Shown here piece after piece: positions 48,665-57,097 of a DNA stretch of 64,000 nt. The notes beneath the pieces were generated by a model. It saw only the letters and a program-made list of their open reading frames with translations, was not told the origin of the DNA and searched no databases. Each line of letters starts with the position of its first letter. The first letter of the stretch is position 1. The position numbers and the translations under genes are program-made. This DNA is from Chthoniobacterales bacterium (lineage in GTDB: Bacteria > Verrucomicrobiota > Verrucomicrobiia > Chthoniobacterales > Chthoniobacteraceae), in the NCBI GenBank assembly GCA_038207335.1, contig JBBQZX010000019.1:32001-96000 (forward strand). Direction: 5' to 3'.

Positions 48665-50218
48665 TCACATTCTGCGCCAGGCGCGTCCGTCGCGGGCGAG
48701 GAGGTCGTCGGCTTCGGTGGGGCCCCAGGAGCCGGCTTCGTATTCGCAGAGCGGGGGAGGGGTCTCGTTCTTGTGCCACGCTTCCTCGATGCGGTCGATG
48801 AAGCGCCATGCGCCCTCGACTTCGTCGCGCCGCGCAAAAAGCGTGGCGTCGCCGCTCATCGCGTCGAGCAGGAGCCGCTCGTAAGCCTCGGGCGAGGCTT
48901 TTCCAAAGCTCGTGCCGTAGTGGAAATCCATCTTCACCGGCTCGACTCGGAGCGCCGCGCCGGGGCGCTTCGCCTGGATGCGGAGCGAGATGCCTTCGTC
49001 GGGCTGGATGCGGATGACGAGGACATTCGGCCCGACTGCGGCAGCGTCTTTATTAAAGAGCACGCTCGGCGCGTTCTTGAACTGCACGGCGATTTCGGTG
49101 CCGCCTTTTGGCAGGCGCTTTCCGACTCGGACGTAAAATGGCACATCGGCCCAGCGCCAGTTATCGACGTGAACTTTCAACGCCACGTAAGTCTCGGTCA
49201 TCGACTCGCGGCTCACGCGATCCTCGGCGCGGTATGCGATGACTTCCTTGCCGTTGATCGCACCCGCCGCGTACTGCCCGCGCACGACATTTTCGCCGAC
49301 CTCCTCAGGCGACATCGGGCGCAGGGCGCGCACGACTTTCACTTTTTCATCGCGGACGCTGTCGGCCTTCAGGTCGGTCGGCGGCTCCATCGCCACAAGG
49401 CAGAGGAGCTGGAGGAGGTGATTTTGCACCATGTCGCGCAGTGCGCCGGAACTCTCGTAGTAGGGCCCGCGCGCCTCGACGCCGAGCGGCTCGGAGGCGG
49501 TGATCTGGACGTGGTCGATGTAGCGGCTGTTCCAGATGGGCTCGAAGATGGAGTTGGCAAAGCGCAGCACCATGATGTTTTGCGCGGTCTCTTTGCCGAG
49601 GAAATGGTCGATGCGGTAGGTGTCCTGTTCTTGGAAGACGGTATCGACGATGGTGTTCAACTCCTGCGCGGAGGGGAGGTCGGAGCCAAAGGGCTTCTCG
49701 ACGATGACGCGCGACCATGCGCCGTCGCGGGCTTTGTTGAGCCCGACTTCGGCGAGCTTTTCGAGGATGCCACCGAATTCGCTCGGGGCGACGGAGAGGT
49801 AGAAGAGGCGGTTGCCGCCGGTGTTGCGCTCGGCGTCGAGCTGGTCGAGGCGCTCGGCGAGTTTTTTGTAGCCGTCGAGGTCGCCGAATTCGCTGCGATG
49901 ATAGAAGAGCCGCTCGCTGAAACTTTCCCACAGCTCCTCATTGAGCCCCTGCCGCGAGTGTTTGCCGACGGCTTCCTTGAGCTCCGCGCGGAAGGAGTCG
50001 TCCGACTTTTCGCGCCGCGCAAAACCGACGACGGAGAGCGCCGCGGGGAGGTCGCCATCGGCGGCGATGTTGTAGAGCGCTGGGATGAGTTTTCGATACG
50101 TGAGATCGCCGGATGCGCCGAAGATCACGACGTTGCAGGGCTGTGGCATCGGTCGGCTGGAAAGCCCCTCCCGCAGAGGATTGGCGGACCGTTCAGGCGG
50201 AGTGGTGGTCTTTTTCAA
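48665..50218 (-). CDS. zwf: Glucose-6-phosphate 1-dehydrogenase
   Basis: FGASGDLTYRKLIPAL, EKPFG, YRIDHFLGKE, RDMVQNH, AYERLL. TTG start. Confidence 0.97.
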   Translation of the reverse strand: MKKTTTPPERSANPLREGLSSRPMPQPCNVVIFGASGDLTYRKLIPALYNIAADGDLPAALSVVGFARREKSDDSFRAELKEAVGKHSRQGLNEELWESFSERLFYHRSEFGDLDGYKKLAERLDQLDAERNTGGNRLFYLSVAPSEFGGILEKLAEVGLNKARDGAWSRVIVEKPFGSDLPSAQELNTIVDTVFQEQDTYRIDHFLGKETAQNIMVLRFANSIFEPIWNSRYIDHVQITASEPLGVEARGPYYESSGALRDMVQNHLLQLLCLVAMEPPTDLKADSVRDEKVKVVRALRPMSPEEVGENVVRGQYAAGAINGKEVIAYRAEDRVSRESMTETYVALKVHVDNWRWADVPFYVRVGKRLPKGGTEIAVQFKNAPSVLFNKDAAAVGPNVLVIRIQPDEGISLRIQAKRPGAALRVEPVKMDFHYGTSFGKASPEAYERLLLDAMSGDATLFARRDEVEGAWRFIDRIEEAWHKNETPPPLCEYEAGSWGPTEADDLLARDGRAWRRM

Positions 50219-50292
50219 AGCGAACCGGGAGAGTGCGCAGGTGCGCGGCGGGTTTCAAGCCGCATCGCATCGCGTCAGGCTTCCAACCTGAG

Positions 50293-50748
50293 TCACGGCT
50301 GCACGAGCACGACGAATAGAATCTGCCCCCGCGCGTGCATCGGACCGCGGATGAAGAGCGGGCTCTCCGGCGCGATCTTCGCCTCGGTATCCACGAGCTG
50401 CTGCTTGTCGTGAAAGAGCTGGAGATTCAGCAAATATCCGCCTCGCGCTTCCTTCGCGCTGGAGCGGCGCGCTTTCACATCCATGGAAAAATGCGAGGTC
50501 GGCGCGAGCTGGACCTCCGCCATGTCGTCGATCTTAGCGGTCGCGCTGCCGATGATTTCGACCTGATTGTAGCCGAGCAAATTCCGCAGCCGCTTGCACA
50601 CGGCGTCGAGCTCCGCGGGCGGCGCTTTCGGTTGCGCGACATTCGACGCGAGCAGCACGGCGCTCCAGATTTTATCCTCAGCGCCGGCGCGCGGAAGCGT
50701 GATCAGGAGCGCGAACGCAATGCCGAAGATGAGGCGGAGCGCGGTCAC
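50293..50748 (-). CDS. Exported hypothetical protein
   Basis: Signal peptide, beta-rich domain; 3 nt downstream of the anti-sigma gene. Confidence 0.7.
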   Translation of the reverse strand: MTALRLIFGIAFALLITLPRAGAEDKIWSAVLLASNVAQPKAPPAELDAVCKRLRNLLGYNQVEIIGSATAKIDDMAEVQLAPTSHFSMDVKARRSSAKEARGGYLLNLQLFHDKQQLVDTEAKIAPESPLFIRGPMHARGQILFVVLVQP

Positions 50749-50751
50749 GGG

Positions 50752-51261
50752 TCAGTTGAGCTGCGCGCTCGCGGGGAGGTAATCGAGCCCGTCGAGCCAG
50801 AGCACGGTGACGTTGTCCTTCGGGTTATAAACGGGCGTCGCGGAGACGTGCGGATTGTCCGTGCGGGCATCGACGATCTCCGCAAAATACGGCGTTCCCG
50901 CGCCTTCGGGTGTGCCGGTCGGGATCATCATTTTGAAAAGCCCGCCTGCGAGAAGCAGGCACGCCGAGCCCACCATCGCGAGCTGCGGGATCGACCACTG
51001 CCACCAATGGCGGCGATCGCTTTTCACCTCTCGCCCCGACTCCGCGGCGATGCGCGCCGCGACCTGGTGAGAGAAAAAGTCGGCGTTTGTGAGCGACGGC
51101 GCATCCGCGTGACGGCGCAGAAAATCGCCGAGCCGCAGTGCGTCCGTTTTGTCCGGGAGCGCGTCCGGAACGGACTCGAGTTCGCGCTCGAAAGCGGCGG
51201 CTTCCGCGGCGGTCAGTTTCCCGTCGATCCATCCGGTGTAGCGTTCTTCAAAGGTTTTCAT
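50752..51261 (-). CDS. Membrane anti-sigma factor
   Basis: YTGWIDGKLTAAEAAAFEREL anti-sigma-like N-terminus, single TM, short C-domain ending VTVLWLDG; overlaps the sigma gene. Confidence 0.75.
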   Translation of the reverse strand: MKTFEERYTGWIDGKLTAAEAAAFERELESVPDALPDKTDALRLGDFLRRHADAPSLTNADFFSHQVAARIAAESGREVKSDRRHWWQWSIPQLAMVGSACLLLAGGLFKMMIPTGTPEGAGTPYFAEIVDARTDNPHVSATPVYNPKDNVTVLWLDGLDYLPASAQLN

Positions 51262-51889
51262 AAACGTCTCGGAGCAGGGTTTGGAGTTTCTTGCGGGCGT
51301 AGAAAAGACGCGACATGACGGTGCCGATCGAGCAGTCGAGCACGTCGGCGATTTCCTGATATTCCAGCCCGTCGATCTCGCGCAGCACGATCACGGCACG
51401 ATGCTCGGGCGAAAGTTTGACCAACGCGGCATCGATGCGCGTGCGGACTTCCTGATCGGAAATTTTCTCGATCGGCTGCAACTCGCCTTTCGGCAGCGTT
51501 ACCGCGCCGGGCTCGATGTTTCGCAGCCCGATCGCGTCGTCGAATTCCGTCCCTCCGTGAATCTGCTTTTTGCGGATCGAGTCGATCGCGACGTTCATCA
51601 AAATCCGGTAGAGCCAGGTGTAAAACGACGACTGCCCGCGAAAGCGCGCGATCGATTTCCACGCCTTCAGAAAGCCGTCCTGCGCGAGGTCCCACGCGTC
51701 TTGTTCGTTGCGGACGACGTTGTAGATCATGGAAAAAGCGCGGCTCCGGTATCGGGTGACGAGTTGGTTGAACGCCTGCTGATCGCCCGCCTGCGACCGG
51801 GCGACCAATTGCAAATCATCGGGCTCGTCGGGCAGGTTTTCGGTGTCGGCAGACGTGCGTTTGGACGGACTCACTCGTGAAAAATTCAA
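51248..51889 (-). CDS. ECF sigma factor (RpoE-like)
   Basis: GDQQAFNQLV, DAWDLAQDGFLKAW, FRGQSSFYTWLYRI, LREIDGLEYQEIA...GTVMSRLFYARKKL. Confidence 0.94.
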   Translation of the reverse strand: MNFSRVSPSKRTSADTENLPDEPDDLQLVARSQAGDQQAFNQLVTRYRSRAFSMIYNVVRNEQDAWDLAQDGFLKAWKSIARFRGQSSFYTWLYRILMNVAIDSIRKKQIHGGTEFDDAIGLRNIEPGAVTLPKGELQPIEKISDQEVRTRIDAALVKLSPEHRAVIVLREIDGLEYQEIADVLDCSIGTVMSRLFYARKKLQTLLRDVYENL

Positions 51890-51933
51890 CTGGGGTTTAA
51901 CTTTTTTACCGCCGCGACCGCCGCGGTAAAACC

Positions 51934-52596
51934 TCAGTCACCCGTCCCAAACCGCCGCCGCCACTCCGCGCGATACTCGCCCATGAGTTGGATGATCCCG
52001 TCGCGGATTTGGAACAGCCGCTGGTTGAGCGTCGCAAAACGCTCGCGCTTGATCCGCGCTTCTTTCTTGAGCTGCACCGCCGCCTCGAGCCCGAGCATCG
52101 TTGCCTTCAGCGCTCTTTTTAAATATGCGATCGTCATCCCGATCTCATCCACGTCGTCGTCGCTGAGCGCTGCAGCGAGCTTGGCACTGGCAATCGCCGT
52201 TTGCGTCGAGAGTTTCACAGCGGCGGGCTGATTTCCCGCCTCGCCGAGGTCTTCGAAAAGCTGATCGATCCAAATCGTGAGCGCGAACGACGCCTTGTAG
52301 AGCGGATGCACTTCAAAGCCGAGTCCGCCGGACTCCGTCTCATCGGCACCACTTTCCTCCAGCGCCTCGGCCTCTTCCTCGAAAAGCGAATCCACATCCT
52401 CAGCCCACTTCTCCCCCTCGCGGTCGAGCAGATGAAACCAGCCCATCTCCCGCGCGATGATCTGGTCGCGCCTCGGATCGTCGATGTAGCGCTCGAGAAG
52501 CTCCATGTATTTCTCGGTTTTCTGATCCTGCTGCTGGAGAAAACGCTCCCAGTCGTATTCGTCCCAGATTTGCTCCGGGCCGTCGTTGTCGCGCAT
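51934..52596 (-). CDS. Acidic helical hypothetical protein
   Basis: WDEYDWERFL...IIAREMGW...IAYLKRALK; normal codon usage. Start ATG 52596. Confidence 0.75.
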   Translation of the reverse strand: MRDNDGPEQIWDEYDWERFLQQQDQKTEKYMELLERYIDDPRRDQIIAREMGWFHLLDREGEKWAEDVDSLFEEEAEALEESGADETESGGLGFEVHPLYKASFALTIWIDQLFEDLGEAGNQPAAVKLSTQTAIASAKLAAALSDDDVDEIGMTIAYLKRALKATMLGLEAAVQLKKEARIKRERFATLNQRLFQIRDGIIQLMGEYRAEWRRRFGTGD

Positions 52597-52671
52597 GGGG
52601 ATTAAATACGGCTCAGGAGGGGGAGGCGGCAAAAGGAAAGTTCGGAGGACGGAAGACGCCGCCCGCGCTCT

Positions 52672-53760
52672 TCAGCCTTCGACCATCACCGTCGGCCCCC
52701 CGCCTGCCTCCACCTGCCTCCGCAACTGCCCGCACGCCGCCGCAATATCCCCGCCCTTTTCCCGCCGAATCGTCGCCGCCGCGCCCGCCCTCTCCAACAC
52801 CGCCATGAACGCATCCTGCCGCGCCTCGCTCGGCCGTTTCCACTCCAGCCCATCCACCGCGTTGTACGGGATGCAATTCACCTTCGCACGCACCTTTCGC
52901 ACAAGCCGCCCGAGCGCTGCCGCGTCCTCCGGGCGATCGTTCACGCCGTCGATCAGGATGTATTCGAAAGTCAGCCGCTGGCTCTTTTTCTCGGTATAAA
53001 AAGCGCACGCCTCCAGCAGCGCCGCCAGCGGGAATTTGCGGTTCACCGGCATGATCTGCTGCCGCACCTCATCCGTCGCTCCGTGCAGAGAAATGGCGAG
53101 CCGCACCTGCAACGGCTGCTCCGCGAGCAGCCGAATCTGTGGCGCGAGACCGCTTGTCGAAATCGTGATGTGCCGCGCGCCGAGTCCCACGCCCCACGGG
53201 GCATTGATGATCCCGATCGCGCGCATGAGATTCGCGAAATTCGCGAGCGGCTCGCCCATGCCCATGAAGACGATGTTGTTGATCTTCTCGCCGCTCAACT
53301 CCTCCACGCGCAGCACCTGGCTCACGATCTCTCCCGCGTGCAAATTCCTGCTGAATCCATCCAGTCCGCTCGCGCAAAATTTGCACCCGTAAGCGCAACC
53401 GACCTGCGTCGAAATGCAGAGTGTGCGCCGATCCGAGGCTTCGCCATAAAGCGCGGGCGAAGCGGGAATCAGCACCGTCTCGATGAGGCTCGCATCGTGC
53501 AGCCGGAATAGAAATTTGCGTGTCGTATCCGACGACCCGAGCGTCCGCACCGGCTCCAGATCGTCGAAGGAAAACGCTTCCTCCAGCTGCGAACGGAGCG
53601 CCGCCGGCAGGTCGCTCATCTCATTGAACGTACGTACCCGTTGCCCGTAAATCCAATGCAGCATCTGCTTCGCGCGATACGCCGGCTGTCCGAGCGCTCT
53701 CAACTTCGCGCCCAGCTCATCGAGCGTGAGCGAGTGAATCGGCGTGCGGGCAGCGAGCAT
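52672..53760 (-). CDS. rlmN: 23S rRNA m2A2503 radical-SAM methyltransferase
   Basis: CISTQVGCAYGCKFCAS, FMGMGEP, AISLH, EYIL, IAAACGQL. Confidence 0.97.
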   Translation of the reverse strand: MLAARTPIHSLTLDELGAKLRALGQPAYRAKQMLHWIYGQRVRTFNEMSDLPAALRSQLEEAFSFDDLEPVRTLGSSDTTRKFLFRLHDASLIETVLIPASPALYGEASDRRTLCISTQVGCAYGCKFCASGLDGFSRNLHAGEIVSQVLRVEELSGEKINNIVFMGMGEPLANFANLMRAIGIINAPWGVGLGARHITISTSGLAPQIRLLAEQPLQVRLAISLHGATDEVRQQIMPVNRKFPLAALLEACAFYTEKKSQRLTFEYILIDGVNDRPEDAAALGRLVRKVRAKVNCIPYNAVDGLEWKRPSEARQDAFMAVLERAGAAATIRREKGGDIAAACGQLRRQVEAGGGPTVMVEG

Positions 53761-53920
53761 CGCGCACCTTCACCGGAACGCCTCCGCGCGGCAAGCGGGA
53801 GCTGTCACGCAGCGGAACGCGTTCCTAATTCGCGCGGCACTTGTGGATTGCACCCTTTCAGCGCCCGGCCTCGCGTTTTTCCCTGAATCTGCGAGAAATC
53901 TAACCGCGTTTTTCAACTCT

Positions 53921-56900
53921 ATGAAGTTCACACCTTTTCGCCTCTCCCTCCCCGGAATGTGTATCCTCGCGTTGCCGCTCACAGCGCTCGCCGGGGACAA
54001 GCTCACCTTCAATCGCGACATCCGCCCGATCCTGTCGGACAAATGCTTTGCCTGCCACGGCACCGATGCGAAGCACCGCGATTCCGGGCGGCGGCTCGAC
54101 ACGCCGGAGGGTGCATTTGTGGAGACGGAAGGAATCATCGCCATCAAGCCGGGCGACCTCGCGGCGAGCGACGCGTGGGAGCGGATCACGAGCACCGACA
54201 AAAAGGAAATGATGCCGCCGCCGAAGTCGCACAAGACGCTTACTGCCGCAGAAAAAGAAGTGCTGCGGAGGTGGATCGTCGAGGGCGCGAAATACGAGAA
54301 ACATTGGGCATTTGAGCCGCCGGTGAAAGCCGTGCCCCCTGCGGTGAAAGATGCGGGTCGGGTGCAAAATCCGATCGATGCCTTCGTGCTGGCGCGCTTG
54401 GACCGCGAGGGTCTCGCATTTTCGCCCGAAGCCGACCGCGCCACGCTCATCCGCCGCGTCACGCTCGCGATCACGGGACTGCCGCCGACGCCTGCCGAGG
54501 TCGATACTTTCACCGCCGACACCGCGCCGGATGCGTTCGCGAAAGTGGTTGATCGCCTGCTCGCCTCGCCGCGCTTCGGCGAGCACATGGCGCACTGGTG
54601 GCTCGACCTCGCGCGCTACGGCGACACGCACGGGCTGCATCTCGACAACGAGCGCGAGATGTGGCTCTACCGCGACTGGGTCATCGGCGCCTTCAACCGC
54701 AATTTGCCGTTCGACCAATTCACGATCGAGCAACTCGCCGGCGACCAAATCCCGAATGCGACGAACGAGCAGAAAGTCGCGAGCGGCTTCAACCGCTGCA
54801 ACGTGACGACCAGCGAGGGCGGCGCAATCGCGGAGGAATTTCGCTTCCGATACGCCATCGATCGCTCCACCACGACGGCGCAGGCGTGGCTCGCGCTCAC
54901 GACGCAATGCGCGGTCTGCCACGACCACAAATTCGACCCGATCTCGCAGAAAGAGGTCTATCAACTTTACGCGTTCTTCAACAGCAGCGCCGACCCAGCG
55001 ATGGATGGCAACAAGGCGCTCGTCGAGCCCGTGCTGCAAGTTTCGACTCCCGATCAAAAGCAGCAGCTCGCCGCTTTCGACGCGAAAATCGGCGCGCAAA
55101 AAAAACAGCTCACCGATGCTGTGAACATCGCGGTGCAGGCTTATCGAGACCCCGCCGATGCGCCCGATGCCGCCACGCCGCACGCGGTCGAGGAAGTGTG
55201 GATGGAAGATGGATTTCCGGCCGGCGCGAAGCCGCAGATCAACGACGGCGAGTCGCCGCTCATGCTCGTCGGCAGCGAGGAAATGCCGCCCGCATCCGGG
55301 AAGCTCTCGATCAAGCGCTCGGCGAAAGGCGTGGGCCAAGATTTCTTTGCGGGCGGCGCGAGCTTCACGGTTCCAGCAGATGCGATCATCTCCGTGATGG
55401 CGCGCACCGACCCCGCGGATTTGCCGCGCGCGATCATGATTCAATTCCACACGAGCGACTGGAAGGCGCGCGCCGTGTGGGGCGACGACGCGGCGATCCC
55501 GTACGGGAAGCCCGGCACGCCCGAGCATTTCCTCGCGGGCGAACTGCCACCGAATTCGCAATGGACACGGCTCGAGGTGCCGGCTGAAAAGCTCGGCCTT
55601 CACGCGGGCGACGTGATCGACGGATACGCATTCACGCAGGCTGGCGGCACGGTTTTCTGGGACCGTCTCGCCGTGCATGGGACGAGTGATCCCGCGGCCG
55701 ATCCGGCGCGATCTTTCACCGCATGGCTGAAAGCGGGCGAGGGGAAAGACACGCCGAGCGTCACGCCGGAACTGAATGGGTTGCGGAAAAAACGCGCGGC
55801 GGCTCGCAAGCCGGAGGATCTCGCCAAGCTGCGCGCCCACTACATCCAGAGCGTTTGCGCCACGACGCGCGGCGCATTTGCCAATGCGGAGAACGCGGTC
55901 GCCGCGCTCGAAAAACAGCGCGCCGATTTGGACAAAGCGCTCCCGAGCACATTCGTCATGCACGACATGGATGCGCCGCGCGAATCCTTCGTGATGGAGC
56001 GTGGCCAATACAATGTGCCGGGCGAAAAGGTGCAGCCCGGCACGCCCGCGATTTTGCCTCCTCTTGATGTGGAAAACCCGCGCCGCATCGACCTCGCGCG
56101 CTGGCTCGTGGACGCCAAAAATCCTCTCACCGCACGCGTCGCGGTGAATCGCTTCTGGCAGCAGCTCTTCGGCATCGGGCTCGTGAAAACGTCCGCCGAT
56201 TTCGGCTCGCAGGGAGAGCCGCCGAGCCACCCGGAATTACTAGACTGGCTAGCCGTGAGTTTCCGGGAAAGCGGCTGGGACATGAAGCGGCTGGTGAAGA
56301 CGATCGTGCTCAGCAACGCATGGCGGCAGACCTCTCGCGTGACGCCCAATCTCCTTGTGCGAGACCCGGAAAATCGCCTGTTCGCGCGCGGCCCGCGGAT
56401 GCGCCTGAACGCCGAAGCCGTGCGCGACGACGCACTCTTTGTCGCCGGCCTCCTTGTCGAGAAGCAAGGTGGGCACGCGGTGAAATCGTATCAGCCGCCG
56501 AATATCTGGGAGCCCGTTGCATTCAAAAACAGCACGACCCGCAACTACGTCCAGGACACCGGCGACGCGCTCTACCGCCGGAGTGTTTATTCATTCATCA
56601 AGCGCACCGCGCCGCCACCGTTCCTCGTGAATTTCGATGCCCCCTCGCGCGAGGGAATCTGCACCCGCCGCGAGCGCAGCGACACGCCGCTCCAAGCGCT
56701 TCAACTCCTGAATGACGTGCAATATTTCGAGGCCGCGCGCGTCTTCGCCCAGCGCATTTTGACGGAGGGAGGCCCGACTCCCGGAGAGCGTATCGCCACC
56801 GCATTCCGCCTCGCCCTCGCTCGCCTGCCCGAGCCTCGCGAGACCGAGCGAGTCCAGTCGATGCTCGGCATTTTCCTTGAGAAATATCGCGCGAATCCCG

Positions 56901-57031
56901 AAGCCGCCAAAGCCGTTCTGGCCAACGGCGAATCCAAGCCGCCCGCAAACCTCGACACCATCGAACTCGCCGCTTGGACGCAGGTCGGAAACCTTGTCCT
57001 CAACCTCGACGAAAACATCACGCTCAACTGA
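53921..57031 (+). CDS. Planctomycete cytochrome c (PSCyt1)/DUF1549/DUF1553 protein
   Basis: [61 protein letters not shown]. Start ATG 53921. Confidence 0.93.
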   Translation: MKFTPFRLSLPGMCILALPLTALAGDKLTFNRDIRPILSDKCFACHGTDAKHRDSGRRLDTPEGAFVETEGIIAIKPGDLAASDAWERITSTDKKEMMPPPKSHKTLTAAEKEVLRRWIVEGAKYEKHWAFEPPVKAVPPAVKDAGRVQNPIDAFVLARLDREGLAFSPEADRATLIRRVTLAITGLPPTPAEVDTFTADTAPDAFAKVVDRLLASPRFGEHMAHWWLDLARYGDTHGLHLDNEREMWLYRDWVIGAFNRNLPFDQFTIEQLAGDQIPNATNEQKVASGFNRCNVTTSEGGAIAEEFRFRYAIDRSTTTAQAWLALTTQCAVCHDHKFDPISQKEVYQLYAFFNSSADPAMDGNKALVEPVLQVSTPDQKQQLAAFDAKIGAQKKQLTDAVNIAVQAYRDPADAPDAATPHAVEEVWMEDGFPAGAKPQINDGESPLMLVGSEEMPPASGKLSIKRSAKGVGQDFFAGGASFTVPADAIISVMARTDPADLPRAIMIQFHTSDWKARAVWGDDAAIPYGKPGTPEHFLAGELPPNSQWTRLEVPAEKLGLHAGDVIDGYAFTQAGGTVFWDRLAVHGTSDPAADPARSFTAWLKAGEGKDTPSVTPELNGLRKKRAAARKPEDLAKLRAHYIQSVCATTRGAFANAENAVAALEKQRADLDKALPSTFVMHDMDAPRESFVMERGQYNVPGEKVQPGTPAILPPLDVENPRRIDLARWLVDAKNPLTARVAVNRFWQQLFGIGLVKTSADFGSQGEPPSHPELLDWLAVSFRESGWDMKRLVKTIVLSNAWRQTSRVTPNLLVRDPENRLFARGPRMRLNAEAVRDDALFVAGLLVEKQGGHAVKSYQPPNIWEPVAFKNSTTRNYVQDTGDALYRRSVYSFIKRTAPPPFLVNFDAPSREGICTRRERSDTPLQALQLLNDVQYFEAARVFAQRILTEGGPTPGERIATAFRLALARLPEPRETERVQSMLGIFLEKYRANPEAAKAVLANGESKPPANLDTIELAAWTQVGNLVLNLDENITLN

Positions 57032-57097
57032 CCCGGCGGCCGAAACCCGCGATCCCGGCGGCGCTCCAGTGTGCTGGCCGGAGTTGATGCCGACCGG

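Noticed and set aside
53814..53825. Perfect palindrome GGAACGCGTTCC between rlmN and the PSD1 gene
   Set aside because: Single 12-bp palindrome, plausible by chance; no second exact copy noticed.
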